NCBI GenBank assembly: GCA_029953675.1
Contig: JAMWBK010000009.1
Coordinates: 1,736,001 to 1,800,000, forward strand
DNA length: 64,000 nt
Direction of reading: 5' to 3'
DNA from: Rhodosorus marinus CCMP1338
Taxonomy: Eukaryota > Plantae > Rhodophyta
The position numbers were made by a program, and so were the translations under genes. Of the stretch, positions 23,815 to 36,493 are shown one piece after another (position 1 is the first letter of the stretch; every line of letters starts with the position of its first letter). Under the pieces are notes generated by a model, which searched no databases, was not told where the DNA came from, and was given only the letters and a program-made list of their open reading frames with translations.

Positions 23815-26656
23815 ATGGCGGTATATGACGAGCGCAAGTATTTGAAGGACGAGGATGGCTCTCCGTTCGATGGGATTGAGAAGGGTGCAGTGTTGCAAGA
23901 ATGTCGCATCTTCAGCGATGTCCAACTAAAGACCTTTAAGTGCAAGAAGGTCCTAGTCAGGTTGCTATTTTTAGTGGGCCAAGGCGAGAAACTTACTCGA
24001 GATGAGGCAACGGGCGTGTTTTTCTCAGTTACGAAGCTGTTCCAGTCCAAGGACGAATCGCTGCGGAGATTGGTTTACCTTGCGATCAAGGAACTCGCTC
24101 ATACTGCGGAAGAAGTGATCATCGTTACAAACTGCTTGACAAAAGATATCAATTCAGATGTAGATATGTACCGGGCAAATGCCACTCGTGTTCTCTGCAA
24201 GATCACCGATGCCCAGATGGTGCAGCAAATAGAGCGTTATTTGAAACAGGAGCTCGTAGACCGTGATTCCGTTGTGGCGTCGGCCGCTTTAGTATCTGGT
24301 CAACAGCTGCTGTTGCACGGGAAAGGAGATTACGTAGTACGCCGATGGGTCAACGAGGTGACGCAAGCCATGAATCATCCTTCACCAATGGTCCAGTACC
24401 ACGCTTTGGCATTGCTCTACCAGATAAAGCAGCATGATCGACTTGCTGTGTCTAGACTAGTGCAGACTTTGGCACAAAGCGGAACGCGCTCTCCTCTTGC
24501 TACGGTACTATTGATTCGATATGTTGCCCGAATGATGCATGATGCAGGGGTGCCCGCGGCTGGAGAGGATAGACCAATGTTTCACTTCCTTGATTCCTGC
24601 CTGAGGCATATGAAAGATATCGTGGTGTATGAAGCGGCAAGAACGATCGCGAGTTTGCCCGGCGTCACTCCTGCTGAGATTCAGCCCGCCGTGAACGTCT
24701 TGCAACTGTTCTTAGTGCAACCAAGGACTGTTACAAAGTTTGCCGCGATGCGAATTCTGAATCAAATCGCGGAGATTCACCCCATGGCCATCATGCCGTG
24801 CCATTCGGACATCGAGACGCTGATAGCCGACTCCAACCGGTCGGTTGCGACTTTAGCTATCACTGCCCTACTTCGTACGGCGTCGGAGTCCTCAGTGGAG
24901 AGGATCCTAAAGCAAATCCAAAACTTCCTCTCGGACATCGCTGATGAATTCAAGGTGAAGGTTGTTGATGCTATTCGAACACTTTGCGTTAAGTACCCGT
25001 CCAAGCACTACGTCCTGATGAATTTCTTGGGCAGCGCTTTGCGGGAAGAGGGTGGCTACGAGTTCAAGAAATCTATTGTTGATGCATACCTCGAGCTCAT
25101 GGAGAAGATCCCAGAATCAAAGGAAATTTGCCTCGGTCACCTCTGCGAGTTCATCGAGGATTGCGAGCACACTACTCTGTCTACGAGAATCTTGCACTTG
25201 CTGGGGGTGGAAGGACCGCAGATGTCCAACCCTGGCAAGTTTATTCGCTATATCTACAACCGCCTTATTCTTGAAAACGCAACTGTTCGCGCTGCTGCCG
25301 TATCTGCTCTGGCTCACTTTGCAAATGTGGACACGACTCCAAAGCTCAGGGAGTCAGTTTCCGTGTTGCTGAAGCAGAGCTTGGTCGACGTTGATGACGA
25401 GGTTCGCGATCGAGCCGCGTATGCGTTGAGATCCTTGGGATTGGATAATTTGGAAGACGCTGAACGCCTTACTCGACTAGCTATCAAAACACATGAAAAC
25501 GCGATGCTTCCCTGTCCGGTCCCAAACCTAGAGATGGAACTTTTGAGGTATGTGCCCTCATAGGACCGTTCTATATGTCGAAAGATGGAGGCTTCCCACG
25601 AAGGCAATGGGCTGCTCTTCCGGTCACTCTGGGCAATGCCATGGAGACAGTCATTCTAACTATCACGTTTTCGTTCTGAATTCAATACGTAGGTACATTG
25701 CAGGTGGAAATACAGCCCAGGGTTTCAAACTAGAAGGTGTGTCGAAGGCAGCGATGGCTGGTGTCGCTTCTGAGGACATCGGACAGAAAGCAAGTGATAG
25801 CAGGGCAATGGGCATTCCAACTCCAGCAGAGAAAGGACGAGACGCAGTGGCTGCTGATCCTGCCTCTACACTGCTCGCTAATCCTGAGCTGGCTGAAATG
25901 GGGCGACCGCTGAAGACGTGCCCCGCGGTAGAGCTTACCGAGGAGGAGACGGAGTATACAGTCAAGTGTGTGAAGCACATCTATGCAGATGCAGTGGTTC
26001 TGGAATTCAACATTGTTAACACGCTGGATGAGCAATTGCTGGAAGACGTTTTTATGAGGGTGGACACCGAGGAAATGGAAGGCGTAGAGAAAATCAATTT
26101 GATTCCTGCCCCGAAGCTTCCATACGGCACGCCTGGGACAGCTTTCAGCGTACTTGAGAGGGAGGAAGGCACGTTTCCGCTGGGATCAATCGCTTGTACC
26201 ATGCGTTTCACCGTGCGTGACGTAGATCCGGCTACTGGCGAGGCGGATGAGGGAGGGTACACGGATGAGTACCAGGTTGAAGAGGTGAGCATGGGACTAG
26301 CTGACTTGATGTCAGCTCCCGCGGAGCTGCCCACCTCTTTCAGGTCAGCTTGGGATGCTCTTGGCACAAACTTCCAAGTGGAGGATTCCTTCACCCTAGG
26401 CAATCACTCAAGCGTTGGAACTGCAGTTTCCGCCATCATCGACTTTTTGGGAATGGCCTCCTGCGAAGGCACAGATCGAGTTAGCGACCGTGCCACGAGC
26501 CACGTGCTCCTCATGGCCGGTATTTTTGTTCCGAACATTGATGTCCTTTGTCGAGCACAAGTGACTTTTCAAGATGACGGAGGAGTTGATCTCAACGTCA
26601 TTATCCGCTCCTCAGATCAAGCAGTTTCACAGCTAGTTGCCGAGGGTATCGCGTGA
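23815..26656 (+). CDS. COPG: Coatomer subunit gamma, 2 exons, about 898 aa
   Basis: SPFDGIEKGAVLQECRIF, TKLFQSKD..LRRLVYLAIKEL, EEGGYEFKK and RLILENATVRAAAV motifs, plus appendage domain LTEEETEYTVKCVKH. Intron 25548-25692 gives an in-frame 2697-nt CDS. Confidence 0.98.
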
Positions 26657-27951
26657 TTGCTCGTTGCATAGTTTCTGTCCACACGGGCGGCCTTGACATT
26701 AAAAGATTAAGGAATTTGAGCACTTGACTACTGGCGGGATTTTCTCCCATTTGGCGCAGGGTGCCCCGTCCTTGGATGCCTGACTGAAAAATAGGTTCTG
26801 GCTTACCGTCTTTCAAGAACTGAACTATCTGCCATGTGAGCCCCGGCTTGCGCCAGTGGGGAGCTGAAAGACTTGGGAATAGCTATGTGTGATCTTGGAA
26901 CAATCGTTGCCAAGAACCTTCGGATGATTGTTCAGTGCAAGCGAGCGTGAGAAAAGAGGTGAACTCTGCGTATGAACAGCTTTTGTACCTGAGTAACCAA
27001 ACGATGATGATCCCTACAACAGCATTGAAGGCCTAAATCAACACTTGGAAAGCTACTGCCACTGGAGTTTTCTCAAAACCAGGTTGCCGAGCTTTAGTTT
27101 TAATGTTTAGAAGTTGCCAGCATGACTAGTGCAGACGTGAACTGATCATAAGTAACAATCGACCCAGCGTAACAGTGCTACGTTGAGTAACTGCGTCCTG
27201 CATCATCAGGTTTCTGCTCCCTGCGTGTGCTGTGGTCCTGCCGAAGGTGAAGCTGATTTCATCTGGTCGGGCTTGCCCTGAAAATTGTCCCTCCAGCAAT
27301 TTCACGAATCCAAAAAGAGCACATTCATTTAACGCACGGATTGCAAGGGCAGGACCTGCGGGGCAGCATTGCATCGTAAGGAGGGAAAATCTACTTCGGC
27401 TCCTCATTAGTTTGCTGTCCTCAGCATGTTCGTGGCTAGTCAGCTGTTTTGGTTGGCAATTCCTGCCGCACAGCATAGCTGGTCTTCGTCCAAGGTGGCA
27501 AGCCCACTACGATCTAAACTACAGGGGTTGGACTTAGTTGGGCTATCATATGCATTCACTGTGAGGAAAAACAACCTCACGGGAAGTGCTTCGCCAACGA
27601 AGGAGTTCGTCGTGACAAGCTTCAACCTCCGTATGTTCTTTTTCCTCGGATGGCTTGTAGCGAAGGTAATCTAACCGTCAACGGGGTGGATAACCTTAGC
27701 CAGGATTTGTTACTCACTATCCTGCTCTGGACTTTCTTCTGCCTGCGTTCAGGCGCACCATCTGCAATCTCCATGTGCACGAATTTCTAGAACCTCACGT
27801 GCCTCAAGTCAAGATTTCACCTATATCCACAAACTTTATTCTGCTCTCCCACCTAAAACCGGCTTGTTGTATCATGTCTGTGTCACTCAACTCTACGATC
27901 AAAAAGACAGCGGACGGAAGAAAAGAATGTGACCACCATCTTCATCCAGTC

Positions 27952-28623
27952 TTATCCACATATCAATGCGTGCTTCCGACTGTTAGGTGGCCAAATTGCA
28001 GCCCGGCATTTGTTGCAGACAAGCCAGCCCTTCCGGGAGCGATGCATTGAAAATTTGCGCGAGAGGGGGGAGCTTCCATTTCGAGAGCTTCGAACTCGTT
28101 TCTGAGGTACGTTTCCAGAAGCTCCTGATGAGCCACCGGCGGTAGATTCAGATGACACATTGCCCTCCCCAGTTCGGCCGCCATGTCTCTCTGAACCAAC
28201 CCTGTAGCCGTTTGCCATTTTCCCGTCGAGGGCAGGCTTCCTTTTTCCGCTGTAGAGGAATTCCATATCCTGTTCTATTTCACGTAGCTGGAGCCCTATC
28301 ACAACCTTATTCTTCGCAGCCGGGTTCCAGAAAAATATTTCCTGATCTGGACCCGGGACTTTCACCTTCTTCAATGTCCTTTTCAATCGCACTTTCTTAT
28401 CGTCCGCCAGCATCTGAAGTTCTGATTTGGATTTGGGCCTGAACAATGTCTTCACACTAGCGAGGAGTTCTGCCTCCTCATCGCTGAACATCTCGTCATC
28501 GGAAATTGATTCCATACAGGAGTCATCGCTCCGCTTGCCAGACTTAAGCACCAAAGCGGATTCCTCCTCGGTCACACGGGATGTAGTCTCTGACCCGTCC
28601 ATCTTGCCGCCTCGGTGCAACAT
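27952..28623 (-). CDS. Orphan protein (223 aa) with a C-terminal C2HC-type zinc finger
   Basis: Open ATG-to-stop frame with acidic and basic segments, ending CNKCRAAIWPPNSRKHALICG (C-x2-C-x11-H-x3-C). Confidence 0.65.
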   Translation of the reverse strand: MLHRGGKMDGSETTSRVTEEESALVLKSGKRSDDSCMESISDDEMFSDEEAELLASVKTLFRPKSKSELQMLADDKKVRLKRTLKKVKVPGPDQEIFFWNPAAKNKVVIGLQLREIEQDMEFLYSGKRKPALDGKMANGYRVGSERHGGRTGEGNVSSESTAGGSSGASGNVPQKRVRSSRNGSSPLSRKFSMHRSRKGWLVCNKCRAAIWPPNSRKHALICG

Positions 28624-30583
28624 CCAAACTCAGCGATGGTTCCTTACGCCCGTTTTTGTCTGACGATGCCGTCCTTTCTATCCCCTGATGCGTGAAGTTT
28701 CCGTCGACGAATCAACCACAGAGCATCGAATCAAACCCTCCTCCACGAAGATTGAGTTCTTGCTTTTAGATAGCCGCCCCAAAATGTTTCTCGCTGTCTA
28801 TTCTGACACTTCCAAACCCCCTACCCTGCTACTACGCTGACGACGCCCAGCAACGCATTTCTTACTTTCTATGAAAATGGCCGGATGGCAATTGGACCAG
28901 CAAATGCGTCCATAAGCGTCGCGTCACCCTCTCTTGGTGTTTCAGTTGTTTTATTGCTTAGGTGCTGAAATCGACCACTATCTGGAGCCTTCAAATTTTG
29001 TTGAAAAAAGGGAACTGCAAGGACTTTTTGCTTGAGGCATGTAAGTCCGGATACCCCCTGTAAAAGATGGCATCGGTGTATTATTTCCTAATTAGGAAGA
29101 AAATTGAACCTGATAGGATTTCAAGCTACGCATACTCGCTTCACACAAATAGGATCATTCGACAAATGGAGTGGTCCCTGCGATTGCAGCTCTCACCCCT
29201 GGGTTTGGGTTGTAAACGGAACAAACGGAACAAATGGTAAAAACTTGGGAAATTCTGGCTCTGCTGCTAAATAGTGATGTTTACGCGTGCAGCTCAAGCC
29301 GATCCATTAGCTCTTTGGTCACGCAGCGGCCGCAAGAATTCTGAAGAGGTTGGATAGGGCGTGCCTTGGGAGCACTTGTTTAGACAGCGTATATTGCAGC
29401 CAAGGCAGAAGTTGTAGTTCTTGGGAAGGGAGAGTTCTGAAGTGGATTGTGACTACTGCGTATTGGTTTGAGCTTCAGCATCGAATCGCATGGAAAGGTT
29501 GGGAGAACTAGGAAAGTTCAGTGTCGAACCCTTTTCTCAAGCGATTTAGAATGAGGAAGTTCAATCAGATATTGCCCCAGAGTGCCACTTAGGCGCTTGG
29601 ACACTTAGGGCGTACTTCTTATAGCTTTGGTTTGAAATGGTGGGCTCCTCAAATCACCGCTTTTGCAAGAAAAACATACAAACAAGAAACGGGATACTTT
29701 TCCTGTTGCATCAACCTCGCAACCTCCAGTACAGATTCTTGGCGTCATGGTACGGTACACTATTGTCAATTTCATCGTACCTCCCGATTGTGCATGGATT
29801 ACCCGTACCCGTTAGGGGTTAAACATCGTTGACAGGGGCCTAAAATATTGGATGATATGATAAAATATTCTGACACACGATTTCCTCCCCCCCTTCCTAC
29901 ACAGAACAGGAAATGAAAATGGTTATTCGTATCCGTTCGTTACTGGCTGTGAGGCGAAAAGCCGACGAAATCCGATAGATTTCGGTGCTAACGAAAACCA
30001 ACGAGCGCTCGGTCGTGGAGATGCCTTTTGTCGAGGTACGTTCTCTTCGCAACTACTACCCTTTCATGAATGTCCTTGGATTGGCCGTCACGGAAATGTG
30101 CACGCGGTGCGTGCAAGCCTTTTCCCGGGAAAGCATGATACTCATTTTTCCGTTCGCTACAGTTGGTAGAATACTGGTGTTCAGCTTCAACGCGGGGATT
30201 TGAAGAAGACTCAACGGCTATGACGAACTATTTATATAGCTCGTACCCCCTCTGGAGTAAGTGACCCTGAAATAATACCGTAAGCGACCAGAATAGGATG
30301 GAGATAGACTTTCTTTGCATTCTCCGCCAAGAGTAACTACTTTGGGAGCACCGATTTACCTAAGATGCTTGGGTCCGCACTTCAAGCAACAATAATTCTG
30401 TATCATAGTCGTATTTCAACGGAGCTTTCGCCACAATTCTTGGCCAAACACTGCTTGGCATCCAAAAATGCACCAAAATTTGCACGATTTCAAGGACTAG
30501 AAACCTGGCACTGACTGACTTTACTGTGAGACTAGAAACTCCCGCAAAATGCCTCTCAAGACCAACGAGGACGGAAAGACCGT

Positions 30584-30622
30584 GTCTGGGTTGACCACAA
30601 AGGGTCTGGGTTGACCACAAAG
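30584..30622. repeat. Tandem duplication, 2 x 19 bp separated by 1 nt
   Basis: gtctgggttgaccacaaag at 30584-30602 and 30604-30622. Confidence 0.9.
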
Positions 30623-31855
30623 ACAATGATGAGAAGCAACAAAAGCAGCTCCTTAGGCACGCTTACTAGTCAGGAAAAAGAGGGGACAATTGATCAATCG
30701 AGCTCCCCTGCACTTCCCATTGTCCATGCTAAAACCGTCTCAAAGTTGAGAACTGCGGTCGTTATCTTCTTTGAATGCAATCGACGGGCATGCTTCCGGA
30801 CACCGCGGTTGTGCTTTCAAGAGATGAGGAGACAAACCGCCTTTGATCTTTACTGGGTGGGTCTGTACAGCTATTAGCAAAAATAAGCCCATAGCTCAAG
30901 ATTGCAGAAGGTATGCGGGTGGACAACTGATGGCTTCCCGATGCTCCTAGTTGAGATGGACACTTTACTTTTGTCGAGGCACTATTCCCACCGATTGGAA
31001 TCAGATCTATTCCTGTGACGCGCTATAGTAGTCGGGCACTTTCTTCCACACACAAGCAACCGCGTGGTCTGGAAACTGAGCTTTGCTAGACCTCTACGTA
31101 AATTTCTAGCTTCTTTTAGAGCTCTTGTAGCCGGATTACAGAGGGGTGGTCTGCGATTCGCCGTTACCTGTGCGTCAAGCGATCGATTCGTCAGTTCAAT
31201 GCGATTCACCCTTGGACAGCATCTCCCAGATGGTCGTCAATGCTCTTTTGTCCGGGTTTCAGGTCAATCATTCATGATTCTGACTGACTTGGCTTTTTTC
31301 CTTGTACGTGAGGTCAGTCAAATTAAGCCAAGGCAATCAATTTTCATTGGCCAGGCTGTCCTCCTGTTTATCGACAGTCTGTCGATGCTGTTGCCGTGCT
31401 TCCTACTGGTCTCGAAAAAAGGAAGTTTTCGATTTTCGGGCATATGTGTCGTATTTGAATTTGTTTACGGACAATCAACGAGACGCGTGGCGTGATTCTG
31501 TTTGCTTCTTTCAATGATCCTTTGCTCTATGGGGGGGCGACGCCGGCGTCATTTCCAACGGAGAAATGGCTCGTACAGGCGCGTAGTAGCATTTTTCCGT
31601 TTTTCTGGATTGTTCGAATGTCTTTGTATTCAGGGGGTTGTTCCTAGCTTCAATTTTGCCTCCCCGGCACCCGGGGTAATACCTCGGGAGCTTGCCTCAG
31701 CTTACCATAGCAGTGGTTGGGGGGAGAGAAGGGGAGGGGAGTGGAGGGCTTGCCGTGTTGCCGTAGAGTATCTGTGAGGGATCTGAGGATCTTGTTTCTG
31801 ATTATTGTGGAGGTTGAGCTACGCATTGCTCGTGTTTGAGGTTCGCACATAAGAG

Positions 31856-32724
31856 ATGGGGAGAAGTAAGTAAATACACACTAGATCTACCCCCATAGTG
31901 TCCGCTTGAGGACGTCGGCTTTGTGTGCATGGCTTAACCAGAAGCGCGATGTGTGCTCTTTTTCGTTGTCTGTTTGACCAGGACCGGCTAGGTGCTATAG
32001 GTACTGCAAGAACAAGCCGTACCCGAAGTCGAGGTACTGTCGTGGTGTACCGGGTAAGGTTCAACAGAAGTTTATTTGGAATTTAATGAGTTCGCAAGGG
32101 GTTACCTTTAGTTGGTCTAGAGAGTTCAACAGGCTTTTTGCTGACTGGCTTTGGATGTTGCATATGTTTTTGTTCCTAGACTCAAAGATCAGAATTTTCG
32201 ATCTTGGCAAGAAGAAGGCCCATGTAGACGATTTTCCATTTGCCGCGCACATGGTTTCGGATGAGAAGGAGCAGCTCTCATCCGAGGCGATTGAAGCGGC
32301 GCGCGTTGCCTGCAACAAGTACATGACTAAGCACGCTGGAAAGGATGCCTTCCACATGCGAGTCCGTATTCATCCGTTCCATGTCCTTCGAATCAACAAA
32401 ATGCTTTCGTGTGCTGGAGCCGATAGGCTCCAGACAGGAATGAGAGGAGCCTTTGGGAAGCCCCAAGGAACCGTTGCCCGGGTGAAGATTGGACAGACTC
32501 TGCTCTCTGTCAGGTCACGAGACGGCAACAAGGGTCATGTGTTGGAGGCCCTGAGGCGTGCTAAGTACAAGTTCCCAGGAAGACAGAAGCTCTTCATCTC
32601 GAGACGGTGGGGTTTCACCATGTTTGATCGTGAAGATTACATTAAGCTGAAGGAGCAAGGCCGCATCATACCGGACGGTTCTCATTGCAAATTGTTGACC
32701 AACAAGGGTCCTATTACTTTGTAA
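31856..32724 (+). CDS. RPL10: 60S ribosomal protein L10 (uL16), 3 exons, about 208 aa
   Basis: Exons 31856-31865, 31982-32053 and 32180-32724 give [37 protein letters not shown]...[31 protein letters not shown]. Confidence 0.99.
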
Positions 32725-34167
32725 ATTTGCTGTAGGGCTTTGGGGCTCTAGTGTGCGTGTTTTTCATTTTCTTCTTAGGGGTAATTTTTTTTACTATCTC
32801 TTAAGAATAACATAATCCGGATTGATGATAGTCGATTCCTCTCTCATCAAACGCGGTATTTTTGGTCGCTCAAGCCCTCGTGCTCTTGATTAGACGTGGC
32901 TGGCTTAGTTTTCTTCAAAACCCATCGCAGTTCCAGTTCATGCACCTTTTCTCAGTTCGCGCAAGTTTCCAGTCGAGTGTCAGCGACCTCGGCTTCACAT
33001 GTTAAAGCAGCCCAGTCAGCACAGACTGTTGCGTTTAGTCAATCATGCGCCCTCATTGTTCAGGCATAGCTTGAGCGGACTACTGGGCAACAATCGTGGG
33101 CCCTTTCCGCTGGCGAGCTACCCTCCGCAGCCGTCTGCAGTCGGCATACTACAGAGCTGGGCGATATGAGCAAAATAGAGCAGCCGGAGGCGTTTGGGGG
33201 GAAACTCGTGAGCTATCGCTGCCAACTTTATGGCCCTGAGCCCTGTTGGTGATATGACTTAGCTCACGCGTAATTCCGTGAAATCGATCCACCGGCGCGA
33301 TCACCAAGCAAGTTCCTCGATTCCTGGATACATCCGCGGAATGTCGGTCAACGATATGGATGCAGCCAGCGCTAGATAAATTTGATTGAGAAGCGTTGCT
33401 TTCAACACCGCTGCTCCATCAATCAAGGACTTGATTTATTGTCGCTTTTTTTTTCTTTCATTGATGACTTTAGGAGCTACTCGCCGGGTTCAGCGAAAGA
33501 CCCCCCCCCCCCCTTCGCGTGACTGCCTACCACTGGCGTCATAACCAGAGCTTGGGCTGCTGAGACGTCCTAGTCGAATACCCACCAGATTGTCCCGCCC
33601 CCGACGTACTTTGCTCTGCCAATAATGTTACCTCCGATTTCGAAATTCGAGAATAAAAATAAGATCGAGCAAAGATGCTGTCAGTCGCCAGAAGTGCAAC
33701 ACACTCATCCGCTGAGAAAAATGCTCGTGAATCATCCACACGTCAAATCCATTGAAGTTTCAAAGCTCGCAAGCGCGGGAACAACTTCTCTGGAATCGTG
33801 TGTTTGGTGATTTGAACACAAGTGCGTGAAGCATCGGGATCGGGTGGGGGAGAGCTCCAGGAATCAGTATGGTGGGAAATTTCAGTGCGTGAGCTGAAGA
33901 ATAGCTTACATTGGCGAAGACCATGCCCCAAGAAAGCTTCAGCTTGGCTGGCGTTTTGGTTGACGTGTAGATTGAGTTTATCCGGCGCTCACATGCTATG
34001 ACCCTAGGATTATCGATCTGTGTTGCACGGTTGAAGTACTGGAGTTCGTTGTTTTCTCGTTGATTGGGAAGATGGGAGACCTCTTCCTGCGCATGTGGTT
34101 GAGTTGAACCGGTCCGCAGCGAATATAGGGCTAGCTGCAAGTGTCTCATACCCTTCGGGAGACCATC

Positions 34168-36226
34168 ATGGGAGAGCAAGAGAATCATAAGGTTATTGGT
34201 TTGAGGGAGGATGGGTGGGTTACTCTCCGGGAAGGAGAAGGATGGCAGAGAGCAGAAGTTGGCGATGAAATTGTCATAAACGCAATTGGCCGCCGAAATG
34301 AAGGAAAGGCAGAGCTCGACAGGCGGGATAACCTGCAGCTTATACTTGGCGATAGCAGCGGTAAGCCCCTCAAGGCATGACCGGCGTTGCTTCTCTTAGT
34401 AACCCTCTTTCTGCCTTCTGAATACGATTCCGCTAACACTTCGTGGTTTTCGCACGGGACAGTTCCAGCTTCATGGAATGAAGCGCTCGAGTCAATGGCC
34501 AAGGGGGAAATTGCAAAAGTGTTCACAGCCGAGAAAGAACTCGAAGCTGGTGGATTTGATAGGCGTTCCGCATGGTATGAATTGGAGCTTCTTAGCTGGA
34601 TTCCAAGGCGAGACTTGATGCACGACGGTACTGCTATCGAGTATCTCTTGAAAGATGGGGAGGGGTGGGAACGCCCGGGAAGAATTTCCGAAGTGCACCT
34701 TCGCATGGAGCTACTAACAACTGATCCAACCCCGAGAGAAATTTTGCCTAGCATTGAAAAAACTCTAGCCACAGAATCACCAAACGTTCCTGAGATGCTG
34801 AGGAGATCTATAGACTCACTAAAGATCGGGTCTATTGTGCGCATCCACTGCAAGGCTTCGCGTACCAAAGAGCTGGTGAGGCTCTTCGATGCTCCCTTGG
34901 AAGGGGAAGTCAGCCTTAAGATGGAGCTCCTCCAATTCTCCAAAATGGAGGATATCTTTGGAGACGAGTCCGGCGTGAGAAAGGTTAGTTTTAGTTTGCC
35001 TTTTTTTTTGGAACTAGTCGTCCTTTCGTACACCGGTGCTATTGCGATTAATTCGCAAAAGCTCGCACCCGGTAGGGCGGAACGGAGGTCGATTGCCTCA
35101 TGGTTCTCAACGTCGACATCGTGCACCTTGTCATTGGGTTTCAGGTACTACGAGAGGGGTTAGGCTTCGAGAAGCCCGGTGATGGAAGCGAAGCCACGTG
35201 CCAGATCTCGTACAGGAAAACGGGAGATGCCACTGTACTCTGGTCTGGTTCACTAACTTTCGTAACTGGTGATGGTGTTACTGCGGAGGGAGTCGATGCG
35301 GCTGTTAAGAGGATGAAGCGAGGGGAAAAGTGTATTTTGTATCTCCGAAAAGACCGAGCGTTTTCGGACCGGTTTTCTCGGTTCGCCCCCCCGGGGGTAT
35401 TTTCTGAGGAGGATCTAGTGGCTGAGATTGAGCTCGTGGACTTCAACAGACCCCCTGCAGTGTGGACGCTGCCATTTGATGACGCTATATCTGCTATGAA
35501 AAGTAGGAAAGATCGGGGCAACGAACTATTCAAGGAGGGAAGGTATATTGAAGCTCTGGACCATTACGATCGAGCGGAAAAGTGCATGACCAACTGCCGA
35601 ACCGATCTAGACGTGCATCAGAGAGCGGCTGTTGACAGTATCCGGGCGACATGCCTTGTGAACATGGCCGCGTGCTATGATAAGCTGGGAAACATAAAAG
35701 AAATGCTCGCTCATGCGGATCAGGCAGTGTTTTTGGAGCCGCAGAGTGTGAAGGTCGGTCAAGATTGCTATAGAGAAGTTTTTGACGCAATAGTCATGAA
35801 TTTAAACCATCCTAGCCATGGTTTAATGCTGAGCTCTTTTCGGATGCAACAGGCTCTATTCCGACGCGGAACTGCACATATGAAGCTCGGCAATTTGCAG
35901 CAGGCTCTAAACGATGTTAGGTTCGCGGCTGACAGTGGTGCTGGAAACGATCCCGACGTAAGAAGACGGACGAAGGAAATCATTGCGAAGATATCCAAAG
36001 AGGTAAGAACTTCGGGCAGGACGTCATGGGCATTGGGAACTCGCGAATAGAAAACTACGATTCGCTCCGGGCCAGCTTGGAATGGGGAGAAAACGCCAGT
36101 CTCGAAGAGCGCAAGTTTACAATAGTTTGCATGTTTTTCGTATCTCCATGCGGTCTACAGGAGCGGGAGGAGCGAGAAAAATATCCCCCGAAATTTCGCG
36201 ACATGTTCAAGAAAAAGGAAGGTTAG
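34168..36226 (+). CDS. Multi-domain FKBP/TPR co-chaperone (FKBP62/ROF1/PAS1-like architecture), 5 exons
   Basis: Three FKBP-like units (LREGEGWQR, LKDGEGWERP, LREGLGFEKP ... VDAAVKRMKRGE ... EIELVDF), then TPRs (KDRGNELFKEGRY...A; CLVNMAACY; ALFRRG.A). Canonical GT-AG introns; the last exon ends ...FRDMFKKKEG. Confidence 0.85.
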
Positions 36227-36493
36227 TTGTGGAGTCGCCAGTTTACATCAGTTCTCCCTCGAACCGATCAGCAGATGCCGGCGCAGCATCAGATAACGCG
36301 GCACAAACTTAAGGTGTCCCTTCGCGCGACACGGATGAGCATAACTATTCGGCAGTCGTTTGAACTGGTAACTAATGAATGGTATGCCTGGCCCTGCGCT
36401 CTTGTAGCTTCCGGGAGAAACAATTGCTTTCTGCCAGATTAATGGCTCCCGGTAGTCCTTTCTTTTGGCCTTAAGTGGGTTTGGATTAGGCAT

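Noticed and set aside
32054-32179. RPL10 intron as a possible snoRNA host
   Set aside because: A CTGA is present but there is no canonical RTGATGA box C or terminal stem.
34185-35126. 313-aa antisense ORF, and similarly 54214-54909 (+) and 25981-26403 (-)
   Set aside because: Each lies opposite a well-supported CDS (FKBP, CMT1, COPG) and has no motifs of its own.
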